Source: Heteronotia binoei
Taxonomy: Eukaryota
Length of the DNA: 64,000 nucleotides
Direction of reading: 5' to 3'
Assembly (NCBI RefSeq): GCF_032191835.1
Contig: NC_083229.1
Coordinates: forward strand, 97,588,001 to 97,652,000
Shown: positions 48,449-60,869 of the stretch, one piece after another
Position numbering within the stretch: the stretch's first letter is position 1
Layout of the letters: every line of letters starts with the position of its first letter
The notes under the pieces: model-generated
Databases searched by the model: none
What the model saw: only the letters and a program-made list of their open reading frames with translations
What the model was told of the DNA's origin: nothing
Program-made: the position numbers and the translations under genes

Positions 48449-51400
48449 TTGTTGTTCAGTCGCACAGTCAAGTCCGACTCTTTGCGACCCCATGGACAAA
48501 GTCACGCCAGGCCCTCCTGACTTCCACCATCCTCCGATGTCTGCTCAAATTCATGTTTGTTACATCAGTAACACTGTCCAACCATCTCATCTTTCGCCGT
48601 CCCCTTCTTCTTTTGCCTTCTGTCTTTCCAAGCATCAGGATCTTCTCCAGGGAGTGCTCCCTTCTCATTTGGTGGCCAAAGTATTTCAGCTTCAGCTTCA
48701 GCATCTGTCCTTCCAGTGAACAGTCTGGGTTGATTTTCCTTAGGACTGACTGATTTGATCTTCTTGCAGTCCAAGGGACTCTCAAGAGTCTTCTCCAGCA
48801 CCACAGCTCAAAAGCATCTATTCTTTTGCACTCAGCCTTCCTTATGGTCCAGCTCTCACAGCCATACATTACTACTGGGAATACCATCACTTTAACTATA
48901 TGGAATTTGTTGGCAGGGTGATGTCTCTACTTTTTATTATACTGCCCAGGTTCGCCATAGCTGTCCTCTCAAGGAGCAAACGTCTTTTAATTTCATGGCT
49001 ACAGTCACCATCTGCAGTGATCTTGGATCCCAGAAATGTAAAGTCTGTTACGACTTCCATGTCTTCCCCTTCTATTTGCCAAGGTGTGATGGGGCCAGAT
49101 GCCATGATCTTAGTTTTTTTGATGTTGAGTTTCAAGCCTACTTTTGTGCTCTCCTCTTTTATTTATTTATTTATTTATGATTTGTGTCCCGCCCTTCCCA
49201 CAAGTGGCTCAGGGCGGCTCCCAACAATTAGTCAAACATAAAGTTAAACAAGTATTTGAATATATAAACAATTAAAACATTTAAAACTGTTAAAACCTTA
49301 AAACCATTAAACATTCCAAAAATGTGTATAACAGGAGTCTGGCAAAGCTACATTTAGTTTCTCATCTCAGCTAGGTGTAAGCTAGCCGGAAGAGGGTCGT
49401 CTTACAGGCCCTGCGGAACTGAACAAGGTCCCGCAGGGCCCTCACCTCCTCCGGCAGCTGATTCCACCATGTAGGGGTCATAAAAGAGAAGGCCCTGTCT
49501 CTAGTGGATTTTAAGCGGGCTTCTTTTGGCCCAGGGATAGCGAGAAGATTTTGGGTTCCCGATCTCAGTACTCTCTGGGGAACATGTGGGGAGAGACAGT
49601 CCTTCAGGTAGGCAGGTCCCAGGCCATACAGGGCTTTAAAGGTAATGACCAGCACCTTGTACCGAACTCGGTACATCACTGGAAGCCAGTGCAGGGTCCG
49701 AAGACCCGGCCAAATGTGTCCCCATTTTGGGAGACCCAATAACAGCCGGGCCGCGGCATTCTGCACCAGCTGCAATTTCCGAGTTTGGCACAGGGGCAGC
49801 CCCATGTAGAGGGCATTGCAGTAGTCCAACCTCGAGGTGACCGTAGCATGGATCACTGCTGCTAGGTCATCACGCTCCAGGAAGGGGGCCAACTGCCTTG
49901 CCCACCTAAGATGAAAAAACGCGGACTTTCACCCTCAATAAGAGGTTCTTTAGGTCCTCCTCACTTTCTGCCATTAGAGTAGTGTCATCTGCATATCTGA
50001 GGTTGTTGATGTTTTTCCCGGCAATCTTAATTCCGATTTCTGCTTCATCCAGGCCAGCATTCCACATGATGCATATAAATTAAATAAGCCGGGTGACAAT
50101 ATACATCCTTGTCGAACTTCTTTTCCTATTCTAAACCAATCAGTTGTTCCATATCCCGTTCTGACAGTTGCTTCTTGACCCTTATACAGGTTTCTCAGGA
50201 GACATGTGAGGTGGTCTGGTACTCCCATCTCTTTAAGGACTTGCCACAGTTTGTTGTGATCCACACAATCAAAGGCTTTAGCATAGTCAATGAAGTAGAA
50301 ATAGACTTTTTCTGATACTCCCGAGCTTTCTCCATAATCCATTGAATAGTGGCAATTTGATCTCTAGTTCCTCTACCTCTCCGAAACCCAGCTTGAACTT
50401 CTGGTAGTTCCTGATCTACATACTGCTGAAGCCTAGCTTGTAGGATTTTTAACATGACTTGCTGGCATGTGAAATGAGTGCAATGGTGCGATAGTTTGAA
50501 CATTCCTTGGCATTACCCTTCTTTGAGACTGGAATATAAACCAATCTTTTCCAATCCTATGGCCACTGTTGTGTTTTCAAATTTGTTGACATAATGTGTG
50601 CATCACTTTAACAGCATCATCTTTTAGGACTTTGAATAGCTCAACTGGGATACCATCATCTCCGCTAGCTTTGTTGTGATTAAATCCTTCTAAGGCCCAT
50701 TTGACTTCACTCTCCAGGATGTCTGGCTCAAGGTCATCAATTTCACTGTCATGGTTATCAAGGACACTGAGATGCTTCTTGTATAATTATTCTGTGTATT
50801 CTTGCCACCTCTTCCTGATCGCTTCTGCTTCTGTTAGGTCTCTACCATTTTTGTCCTTTATCATGGCCATCTTTGCACGAAACGTTCCCTTGATTTCTCC
50901 AATTTTCTTGAAGAGATCTCTTGTCCTTCCCATTCTATTATTTTCCTCTATTGTTTTGCATTGTTCCTTCAGGAAGGCCTCCTTATCTCTCCTTTCTGTT
51001 CTCTGGAAATCCACATTCAGTTGGGTGAATCTTTCCTTTTCACCTTTGCCTTTTGCTTTCCTTCTTTCCTCAGCTATTTGTAAAGCCTCATCAGACAGCC
51101 ACTTTGCTTTCTTGCATTTCTTTTTCTTTGGGATGGTGCTGATCGCTGCCTTCTGTACAATGTCACGAACCTCTGTCCATAGTTCTTCAGGCAGTCTGTC
51201 TATCAACTCTAGTTCCTTAAACCTGTTCTTCACCTCCACTGTATATTCATAAGGGATGTGATCAAGGTCAAACCTGAATGGCCTAATGGCTTCCCCAGTT
51301 TTCTTCAGTTTAAGCGTGAATTTTGCAATGAGTAGCTCATGATCTGAGCCGCAGTCAGCTCCAGGTCTTGTTTTTGCTGACTGTAAGGAGCTTCTCCATC

Positions 51401-52288
51401 TTTGACTGCAGAGTATATAATCAATCAGATTTCTGTGTTGCCCATCAGGTGATGTCCACATGTAGAGTTGCCTTTTAGGTTGTTGGAAGAGGGTGTTCGC
51501 TATGACCAGCTTCTTCTCTTGACAACACTCTATTAGCCTTTGCCCAGCTTCATTTTGTTCTCCAAGGCCAAACTTGTCAGTTGTTCTGGTTACCTTTTGA
51601 CTTTGGCATTCCAGTCCCCTATGATGAGGAGGACATCTTTTTTGTGTGTTAATTCTAGAAGGTGTTGTAGATCTTCATAGAACTGGTCCATTTCAGCCTC
51701 TTCTGCATCAGTGGTTGGGGCATAGACTTGGATTACTGTGATATTGAATGGTTTGCCTTGGATATGGACTGAAATCATTCTGTCATTTTTGAGATTGTAT
51801 CCCATTATTGCCTTCCTCACTCTCTTGTTAACTATAAAGGCTACGCCATTTCTTCTACAGGACTCTTGGCCTTAATAATAGATGTAGTGATCCTCTGAGT
51901 TAAATTCACTCATTCCTGTCTATTTTAGTTCACTGATTCCCAAGATGTCAATGTTCAGTCTTGCCATCTCTTGTTTGACCACATCTAGTTTACCTTGATT
52001 CATAGATCTTACATTCCACGTTCCGATGCAGTATTGTTCTTTGCAGCATCAGACTGTTCTTTCACCATCAGACACATCTACAGCTGAGCATCCTTTTGGT
52101 TTTGGCCCTGCCGCTTCACTCTTTCTGTTGTTACTTGAACGCTCTTACCCAGTAGCATATTGGGCACCTTCTGACCTGAGGGGCTCATCTTCCAGCGCCA
52201 TATCTTTTAGCCTTTTGTTACTGTTCATGTGGTTTTCTTGGCAAGGATACCGGAGTGGTTTGCCATTTCCTTCTCCAGGGGGAGAGGG
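48449..52288 (-). mobile_element. Near full-length BovB (RTE) LINE, degraded, interrupted by L2
   Basis: BovB 5' motif ggagaaggaaatggcaaaccactcc and 3' end ggggtcgcaaagagtcggac..(CAA). Fragments translate to VYAPTTDAEE, IIGDWNAK, CGSDHELL, FIDYAKAFDCVDH, VMYGCESW. Candidate TSD gaatttatcat/gaatttagcat. About 3.06 kb after removing the L2. Confidence 0.92.
49160..49929 (-). mobile_element. 5'-truncated L2 LINE inserted into BovB
   Basis: ORF 49371-49892 (VTSRLDYCNALY..LQLVQNAAARLL..LHWLPV) with a (TAAA)n tail at 49161-49178. BovB sequence ctctcctc|tttcaccctc is continuous across the insert. Confidence 0.9.
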
Positions 52289-54447
52289 GAATTTAGCATA
52301 CAAAGGAATTTAGCATACAAAGGAAAAAATCCATGGCTGGCAAGCATGAAGGCAAGTCAGTCCTTAATGGGAAGATAATGGGGGAAAGGACTAAATGGAC
52401 TAGTTTTAAGAAAGAAGACAGAATTGGAGAAAAGTAGTTATACAGCCGTCTTGGTGAAGAAATGTCTGGTTACTTCATGGTGATGCAGTATTGTTTTGAA
52501 AGGGAACCAGCTACAAGGATGGAGGGTCAGGGATGCCCTTCTTATGTACCCAAATGTACTTGAGTAACAATGGAAGAAGTCTGCTATTAGCTTACTATGG
52601 TACATGGCCAGGATTCATGATGGCACTGGGCTAAATCCTCATACCCTATCTGCCTCTTGGCAGGCCTTTGAATGCATACCTGTTGGTGTCTTTTTGGAAT
52701 CCAGGACCCATTTGGTGCTAGTCCAGGATTAGAGCTGTGTTAGGATGGTGCAGCCAATCTATGGTAAAATACCTGAATACCCAAGAAAGATTGGATGGAG
52801 GGTAATTGATTTAGACAAGGTGGCATCTGGACACAGATCTGCTAATAATAGCCAGGAGGTGGACAAATGATCCTTCCTTACACTGTACCATCCAAGATGT
52901 GTGTTTAAAAAGGAAATCCAAGAGCTCTGCTTTATTAACCTGCAAATCTGAGTCCTCATTGATAGCACAAGAGTGTGAGGTGCTCTATAAGTTCAAAGGA
53001 ATTGTATAGATATTTTGTACAATATTCAGGAAATGAGCCTGTTCCCTGCACATCTTAAATAGTTTGTTCTTTAATCAGGCTTTAATATTGTACTGGACAT
53101 TTCCCTCCTCACTTAAGGCATCTGAAGACAAAAAAAATGTGTGGGGAGGTGTATTTTTCCCATGCTTCTGGCATCTGAAGCCCAGAGGCTCTTGAGGTGT
53201 CCCTATGCAAGGGGCGGAGAGGGGGGAGGCCATCAAACCCTGTGCTTCAGAAAGACTCAGGCTGATTCTAAACAGGGATTTTTCCATGTGTGGGAGACTC
53301 CAATTGAGGTGGAAGCATCCACACCATATCATACTCATTCTGAGCACACTCTCAGGCCTCCCCAGCTTTCCTCTTTAAATCAGATCTAAAGAAAATCTCC
53401 TTTGATCTAGTTCAAAGGAGGAAGTGTGAGTGAAGCAGCCAAAAGGAAGTTCCATCAACAGCCACTATAGGGAAGATAGTGGAGAAGAAAAAGAGCTGGA
53501 TTTTTATACCCTGCTTTCCTCTACCTTCTTCTCTTCCTTAAGGGAAGAGTAGGATAAAAATGCCAGAAAGTCAGGCAAAATATTTTCATTGAGAGATATC
53601 ACAGTATCGGGAAGAAGGGCTCTAGGCCACTCTTCCTCTGGACTTGCTGCTTTTCTATGAGCAATTAATGTTTTGTATAAAATTCAATCAGGAGAGTTCA
53701 GCCTCTGCTACAGCTCTTTCCAACCATTGTGATCACACATACTGGGAGCCTACCAGTTACCCATATTGCGAGCATGTTCTGTGTACACTCACCATGTTGT
53801 ATGATTAAGGACAATGTACCTATTTATCACGTGCATATCGTCTCATTATATAGCAAACCTGAACAATTCAAAGTTCACATGTACCAGATCTGTACATGCA
53901 TAGTAAATACATGGTTTGACTTAACAGTGTGGTTTCTGGTGCAATAAGGATGTTACAAGGCTGTGCTCTGTCCTTGGAGTGTTTTATTTTCCTTTTATTT
54001 TATTATATTCTAGCTCAGTTTTTTGTTTTGTTTGTTTGTTTTTGTTTGTTTTGTTTAATTTAGCCCTATGGCATTCAGCTCTTACTCCTTTCCCTAATCT
54101 TTCCCTTGTCCCTGAGCTTCAGACTCAGCACCAAATTCTTCCTCCCCCTCCATCATTCATTCCGAGGTGGCTGAGTGGTGAAAAGGCTGAGTGGGTCCTT
54201 TTATTTTGTTTTACTTTTACCTACGGTAAGTATGGAGATTCTGTTGAGTTCTTAATGTCCTTAGTTTTAATTTCCCTTCTTTTTTTTCCCTCTCCCTCCT
54301 CCTTTTATTTCAGGGACGTGCTGCCAAAATCTCTCTCTCTTTCCTGCTTGGGCGCAGCTGGAGCAGTGCTGAGTAGTTCAAAGGACTTTTGAGGGAGTTT
54401 TGATTGTCAGCCCATTATCATTTGGCCCTTTTACTTCTCCCTTATCT

Positions 54448-54679
54448 CCCTTACCCCAGTGGAAGCTGGGTTTTCAGGTAGTCGGCTCGAGGTTGACTCA
54501 GCCTTCCATCCTTCTGAGGTTGGTAAAATGAATCCCCAGCTTGCTGGGGGGGGAAGTGTAGAAGACTGTGGAAGGCAATGGCAAACCACCCCGTAAAAAG
54601 TCTGCCATAAAAACATTGTGAAAGCAACGTCACCCCAGAGTCAAAAACGACTGGTGCTTGCACAGGGGACCTTTCCTTT
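54448..54679 (+). mobile_element. Sauria SINE (5' part missing)
   Basis: gtcggctcgaggttgactcagccttccatcct..ggcaatggcaaaccacccc..gactggtgcttgcacagggg; candidate TSD ccttatct. Confidence 0.85.
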
Positions 54680-55099
54680 CCTTATCTACTTTGACTCTCC
54701 TTCTCTAATTGCTGACAAAAGGAAGAAAGATAAGAGCTAAAAGCTGAAGTTGTGAAAAACCAGGAGGTTAGACAGTAAGAGAATCTAACAGCAAGGAAAA
54801 GGCTTTGAGCTGCTTAGAATGAATAAATGGGGCCTCTCTCTTGTGTAATTTGTGGCAATAGGGCTTTGGTTTGGTTCTGTTCTGCTTTGTTTTGTTTTCT
54901 TCTACTTTGTTTTTAATTTGTTCTAAGGCTGAGACAGCTGTGGCCATTCACTTTTATTAATTGTCCCATTAGGAGGGGTGATGATTTTAAAGTCTTGATT
55001 TTAACGATAACTTTTCACAATCATGTTGCTCATATAGTCATGTAGAGGACTCAGAGCCACTCTATGAGGGCTGGTGAAGCTAGAGAATTTTTAATTGAG

Positions 55100-55182
55100 G
55101 CAATTCAACTTGGTAAGGAATTGGTGCAATTCAACTTGGTAAGAGATTGGTGCAATTCAACTTGGTAAGGGATTGGTGCAAT
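55100..55182. repeat. 26-bp tandem repeat x3.2
   Basis: gcaattcaacttggtaagNNattggt at 55100, 55126 and 55152. Confidence 0.9.
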
Positions 55183-56918
55183 ATGCTAGTGATTTGAACA
55201 ACTAATTGGGGGCTCTGTATCATATAACTTGGAGTTTAGTGCTACAGCAATATGGAGACAGCGTTTCAGTCCTCCAGAAGTCTAATGCAATACAGTTAGG
55301 GAGCAATCTATGTTAGTAGGAGACTAATGTAACACTCCCAGAGATCAATTTAACACAGCCAGTCCCAACATAATTAAGACAGGGGGTTTTGTAATCTAGC
55401 TGTGCCTGGATATAGCATCAGGGATTTGAGAAGCACAAGCTTGAAGTATTAATTAGGTAGGATTCATTTTAGAGTACAAGTACTGTATAAGCCAAAGATT
55501 CCCCTCTCTGTTAAAGAAGAGTTTATTATAAACCATAAATGCAATTGTCCCTTCGAGGACCTTCACCCCCTTCTCCTAAGCAAAGTAGGGCAGAGGATCC
55601 TCTTAGACTTCATCATAATTTTCAAAACAGCTTTGAAGCTTTACAACCAGTCACAGATCATCTTCTCTTATCAAATGATGTAAATGTGGATAGTGTTCAT
55701 CATCTTGAATGACTCCCTAACCAGAGAGACAGCTGTGAACTTGAGTGATCTGCAGAATGTGTCCCAGCAGCCTGAGGTATCAAAAAATGGAGACTCAATA
55801 TTGAGTCTGTTGACATCACATCTTTTCTTATTGCAGACACTCTAAACAAAAATTATGAAAACAACAGATTATTTTTCCACTCACATCCCAAATAGTAATC
55901 CAGTGAAGGATTGGGGGGAATCTTGTAACATTACAAAAGATTGTCCTTCTGTTCCAGACTGTTGTAGAATTGTGTTAGATATTTATTGTTTTAGAGGAAG
56001 AATTATTAATTGGCGTAATAAATGACTTATAAAAGAGCATCTAGCAACTTTTCTGAATTTACATCCTGCCTCAATCAACTTAAAATACAATGATAATTTA
56101 TCTTCTTTTTTAAATGAATGGTTTTATTTTACTCCCCAGAATTTCCATGTTTAATTTTGACAAATTGGGAATGGTTTCACAGTCATGGTGTCTTCTCTCA
56201 GTGCCTTGTCAAAACCACTGTAGTCGCCCCTCTTCTCTCTCCCAAGTTTTCCATGAATTTGCCTCCAAAAGTGTCTAAATTATATAAAAAATAAATTATT
56301 GGAACCTTAATAGTCAAGAAGCAGGGCTTTAAAGCTGCAGAGATTCCACGGATTGACTTAACAGAACTGTCAATTTCACAAGAGACCAAAAAAGTCTTTG
56401 AACCACAAAGGGTGAGGAAAAATTAAAATTGCATCCAGGTGTGTGTTTGTTTTTTTAAAGAAAATGATCTGGATGCCTTTTATGGAAGATTTTACAATTC
56501 TTTTGAGACTCTCCCTCTTGAAGAGCAACCTGATATTATAAACAGTTTTGAAAAAGTACAAGAGTACTTAAGGTCCAACAAAGGAATGCAATAAAATCCA
56601 CCAATAATGACAAGATGAATAATAAGAGTGCAGAACCCATTACATTGCAATCTCATAAAAATTTCCTGCCCAGAGAGATAAGCCAACAACCGATGAGGAA
56701 ACCAGAAGAAACCACACACACTTGATAGAGCCATGGGAGGAATTATTTCCTTCCTTGTAGAGAAACTTTCTTACAGTGTCCCATCATCTGATGTTTCAGC
56801 CCTGATCTCTCTTGACCCTAAACTTCAGATACACTCTGTATATCCCAATGTTGTCTTCTCAACTGGTCCAACTGAAAATGCCATTCCTGAAAGTCAATGA
56901 TAATACCCTTACAACAAC

Positions 56919-58028
56919 ATTAAAATAGTTACATAGAATGCAGCTGGTTGGAAGACCAAATGTCTCTTTTCAGGAGTTAATTCTTTTCTGTCTACTTTTG
57001 ATATTTTATTACTTGGCTAAGTAAAGCTATTACTCTCTCAGGATATAATGCTTTCTCTAAGGAAGCCAAAAAAAGGGGAGAAACGGAGGATGCCAAGAGG
57101 CATCATATCATATGCCCTTAATTTCTCTGAATTAGAAGTAGTTGCCTCATCTGATCTGATCTTGGCTGTTTTTATACAATTGATTGATTTCTCCTTTATC
57201 AATTTATATTCTGCCAACTCAAAACCAACATGCATTAACCTCTTATTGGTCCCTAATTATCCAATCCTTATTGCAGGTGACTTCAGTGCTAGAATTGGTC
57301 AAGATATTGGGTGTTTGGTAAAAGAAATTGGTTAGGTTGCAAGTCAGAAGAGGAGCAGAAATTCAGTTGCTTGTCTCTCAAGAATTCTGGAAAGGGATAA
57401 GAGGTTCCTTTTGTGTAATTTAAAGAATATTCCTTATTTAATATTCCTCTATATTCCTTATTTAATATTTTTAATCTCTCTATATATTGAGCCACAATCA
57501 AGAAGTCAGAAGATGGAAACGTTAGTTTGATGATGAGTGTAGATTCTTAAAGAAAGTGATACTTCACAAACATCATGCATTTAGAAGGAACAGCACAATG
57601 AAAGTCCTAAGGGAACTGTTGAACCTTAAAGGCCGTTAAAGGAAAACATTAAAGAGAGGAAACATATCTTCTGATTTCTGTGATAAATAACAAAAACTCC
57701 AGCCTGGTCACTGATCTCTAGTAATCTGTATAGAATACCATATTTTTCCTCTTGTATCTGTGCTCCTGAATGGGTGCTATCTTTAAGAGAAAAAAATTCT
57801 TCTAAAAATAGGATATCATGTGGCTTGAACCCTGTTAACCTCCCCTCCTGGCCCACTATTACCAAGCTGGAAGTTATTCTATTATTGGCTTATGCTCAGG
57901 GAAGGCTCCTGGTCTGGATTTAGTGTTTAATAATTTGTTTAAGGCTAATCCAGCATATTGGGCTATGATTTTTAGCTTCAATTTTCTCTGAGATAAACCT
58001 TTTGGGGAAGTTTCCCCCAATTTGGAAA
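56919..58028 (+). pseudogene. Old APE-type LINE (clade unassigned): endonuclease to start of RT, left of the Ngaro insertion
   Basis: KIVT*NAAGWKTK, FDILLL, ILIAGDFSARIG; ends GKFPPIWK at the insertion point. Confidence 0.65.
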
Positions 58029-58210
58029 AATCCGGCCTCTATACCGCCGCGCCGTGTTAGCGGCTATAGGCGGGGAGGCCGCAGTTGCACCCTGGGAGGA
58101 GGAGGAGACGGCTTTGCCTTCCCGGGCATACGGGGAGTTGAGGGGGTGGAGCGCCAGAGCTGTTAATCTGGGCTCCGCCCCTGAGCACGCACTTGTTTCG
58201 CGGCTCTCGG
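58029..58210 (+). repeat. Split direct repeat A1
   Basis: 182 bp, identical to 62847-63028 except C58152/T62970. Confidence 0.95.
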
Positions 58211-58816
58211 GCGAGCAGGACGTGGTGGGCGTTGTATGAAGCCGGGAGGCCTTGTTGCGATCCTGTAGAGTCGCGGCGGTTCCGGGGGGCTTGATTGACA
58301 AGCCGGTTCGGGCGTGTTTGGGAGAGGTCCGGAGGTCCGGTCGGCTATCTAGCGGCGTCGCGGCGGATCGGGAGGCCTGACTGGCAGGCCCGTGGCTTGC
58401 GGAGCGTGTTGGAGGCGTCGGGTGGCCTTGGTGGCGATTCGGACGAGTCGGGACTGTCGGGAGGTCGGATCGTCGGGCCGGAGGACTGAAGGAGCGTGGA
58501 GGAGGCGTCGGGCCGTGCACCAGCCGCTCGGTCGGGAGGATCAGGCTTGTACTGGGGTTGAGAGCGGCGCGAAGAGCCTGTTGCTGGGCAGTGTGAAGCG
58601 CCTGTTGCTGGGCAGATTTTGCTGCTGCGGCCATTTTGCCGCTGTTGCTAGGCTAGTTGGGGGAAGAGTTTGTGGCTTGCCCCCCTCCCTTTTTCTCTAC
58701 GCCAAGGGGTTTAGGGTTTGGAGGAAGGGCGAGGCCTTTGCTTTGGTGGGTAACCTTGCTCCCCCCCCCTCCTCCTCACGCATCTTTCTTTAGCTGCTTT
58801 ATTACTGCTGCCATTT

Positions 58817-59290
58817 GCCACGTTACAGTACTGTGACATAATTTATCGGGCGTACACTGATTTTGTGGGCGCCGCGTGGTTGCAGTATGATGAAGCCTTC
58901 AGGATGAGGGCTGCCATCAATCCCACGATGCCATGGAACCAGATAAATCAACAGCTCTGGCTTCAGTTAATGTCCCCTGCTAAACCCAATTCGGGTGATC
59001 GGGCTGACAGTGGGCATATTGTACATAAGTCCTTCAGTGCTCCCGCTACCCGCCCGACAGCGGGCCAGTCGGTTCAACCCCGACTGTTGTGTTGGGAGTA
59101 TTCCTCCCAGGGGGTGTGTTCCAGGAAAGCGTGCAAATTTAAGCACGAATGCCCGTTATGCGGGGGATCGCATGCCTTTTCTGCATGCACAAAGGCCAAA
59201 ACCAGAAGCGGGGCCAAGCGGGCAGGGGCTGGGGGCACCAACCCTCAACCTGGAAAAGGGCCCCAGCCCCATTCGGGTGAAAGTGCTTAA
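58817..59290 (+). CDS. Gag-like ORF, C-terminal part only
   Basis: ATLQYCDIIYRAYTDFVGAAWLQYDEAFRMR core, CCCH finger (CWEYSSQGVCSRKACKFKH) and CPLCGGSH..C. In-frame stop at 58751-58753 and no upstream ATG. Confidence 0.8.
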   Translation, partial: ATLQYCDIIYRAYTDFVGAAWLQYDEAFRMRAAINPTMPWNQINQQLWLQLMSPAKPNSGDRADSGHIVHKSFSAPATRPTAGQSVQPRLLCWEYSSQGVCSRKACKFKHECPLCGGSHAFSACTKAKTRSGAKRAGAGGTNPQPGKGPQPHSGESA

Positions 59291-60869
59291 GGATTTGCTG
59301 CAGGGATACCCTCCAAAGGCGGATGGTGCCTATTTGTTGGAGGGTTTCATTCATGGGTTTCGAATTCCTTTTCAAGGCGACAGAGCGCCCTGTAGGGCTT
59401 CTAATTTAAGTTCAGTGAGAGGGATGGAAAAGGTTGTACGGGAAAAAATTGCTAAGGAGTGCAGGGAGGGGAGGGTTCTTGGACCCTTCGACGCACCTCC
59501 AGTCCCTAATTTGAAAGTTTCTCCCCTGGGGGTGGTGCCAAAAAAGGCACCTGGGGAGTTTCGCCTCATTCACCACCTGTCATACCCAAGAGGGGGGTCA
59601 GTGAATGACGCTATCCCCGAACAGCTATGTTCTGTGCGGTACACCTCATTTGACCAAGCGGTCAAAGTGGTGCGGGGGTGTGGTTCTGGCGCTGAAATGG
59701 CGAAATGCGACATTAAGTCTGCATTTCGTCTGCTGCCCGTGCACCCCAGTGATTTTGAGTTATTAGGGTTTATGTTTGAAGGGAAATATTTCATGGATCG
59801 TGCCCTACCGATGGGCTGTTCCATTTCGTGTGCTGCCTTCGAGCGCTTTAGTTCCTTTTTGGAATGGGCGCTGCGGGTCAGATCAGGGTTAACGGCCACG
59901 GTGCACTATCTTGATGACTTTCTTTTCGTGGGTCCAGCGGGATCGGGTCAATGTGTAAGGCTCATGAAGACCTTCATGCAATTGGCCGAGGAACTGGGTG
60001 TCCTGTTGGCGCACGAAAAGACTGAAGGTCCGTCTTCGGTGTTAACGTTCCTAGGCATTGAGTTAGACACCCACCGTCAAACATCACGGCTTCCGGAGGA
60101 TAAGGTCCTCGGCTTGAAGTCGCTAATTGTGGCCATTAAGGGTCAAAAGAGAGTTTCTTTGCTTGAGCTGCAGAAGCTTGTAGGGCATTTGAACTTTGCA
60201 TGTAGGGTGGTGGCCCCAGGTAGGGCATTCCTTCGGCGATTGTGCGACGCAATGGGCCACCTTCGCCTCCCCCATCACAGAATGAGGTTAAGTCGGGGGA
60301 TGGTTAGGGACCTCGAAGTTTGGGAACGATTTCTGGAATCGTTCAACGGGGTCTCCTTTTGGAGGGATGACATGCGCATCGAAGCTGACCTCCAGATAAA
60401 CTCTGATGCAGCCGGTTCCATTGGATTCGGCGTATTTTTTAGAGGGCATTGGTGTGCAGAAAGGTGGCCCAGGGAATGGTTGGCCGGTCGTCTCAGCAGA
60501 GACTTGACCTTCCTGGAGTTTTTTCCCATTGTGGTGGCGTTGTGGCTCTGGGGGGATGATCTGGCCAACCATGTAGTGCATTTCTGGTGTGACAATTTGG
60601 CTGTTGTTCAGGTGATCAACTCATTGTCATCCAGATCTGCTCCAGTGATGAATCTAGTTAGGGCCTTCACGCTGCGCTGCCTTAAGTTGAATTTGTTGTT
60701 CATGGCCAGGCATGTTCCGGGCGTTAATAATGGGCTGGCGGACGCTCTGTCTCGCCAACAGATGGAGCGATTTCGCCAGCTGGCACCGGACGCCGACCCT
60801 TTCCCGGTCAAGATGCCCCAGGAACTTTGGCAGCTTGGAGGGTCGAAGCGGGTAGAGCCATTACTTTAG
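58995..60869 (+). CDS. Reverse transcriptase + RNase H (DIRS/Ngaro type), uninterrupted; true start uncertain (first ATG 59172)
   Basis: FRLIHHLSYP, KCDIKSAF, LPMGCSIS, HYLDDF, LTFLGIELD. RNase H acidic residues in NSDAA, FLEFFP, WCDN, LADALS. Confidence 0.93.
   Translation: MIGLTVGILYISPSVLPLPARQRASRFNPDCCVGSIPPRGCVPGKRANLSTNARYAGDRMPFLHAQRPKPEAGPSGQGLGAPTLNLEKGPSPIRVKVLKDLLQGYPPKADGAYLLEGFIHGFRIPFQGDRAPCRASNLSSVRGMEKVVREKIAKECREGRVLGPFDAPPVPNLKVSPLGVVPKKAPGEFRLIHHLSYPRGGSVNDAIPEQLCSVRYTSFDQAVKVVRGCGSGAEMAKCDIKSAFRLLPVHPSDFELLGFMFEGKYFMDRALPMGCSISCAAFERFSSFLEWALRVRSGLTATVHYLDDFLFVGPAGSGQCVRLMKTFMQLAEELGVLLAHEKTEGPSSVLTFLGIELDTHRQTSRLPEDKVLGLKSLIVAIKGQKRVSLLELQKLVGHLNFACRVVAPGRAFLRRLCDAMGHLRLPHHRMRLSRGMVRDLEVWERFLESFNGVSFWRDDMRIEADLQINSDAAGSIGFGVFFRGHWCAERWPREWLAGRLSRDLTFLEFFPIVVALWLWGDDLANHVVHFWCDNLAVVQVINSLSSRSAPVMNLVRAFTLRCLKLNLLFMARHVPGVNNGLADALSRQQMERFRQLAPDADPFPVKMPQELWQLGGSKRVEPLL

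Noticed and set aside
52288-52325. 17-bp tandem duplication next to the BovB 5' end
   Set aside because: Real but trivial local slippage; it only complicates TSD assignment.
55100-55182. CRISPR-like array
   Set aside because: The 26-bp units are directly adjacent with no unique spacers, and the context is vertebrate with no cas genes; it is a simple minisatellite.
57978-58793. 218-aa antisense ORF and 133-aa sense ORF in the Ngaro 5' region
   Set aside because: GC-rich leader sequence with few stops and no Gag motifs. The antisense ORF also crosses the insertion boundary.
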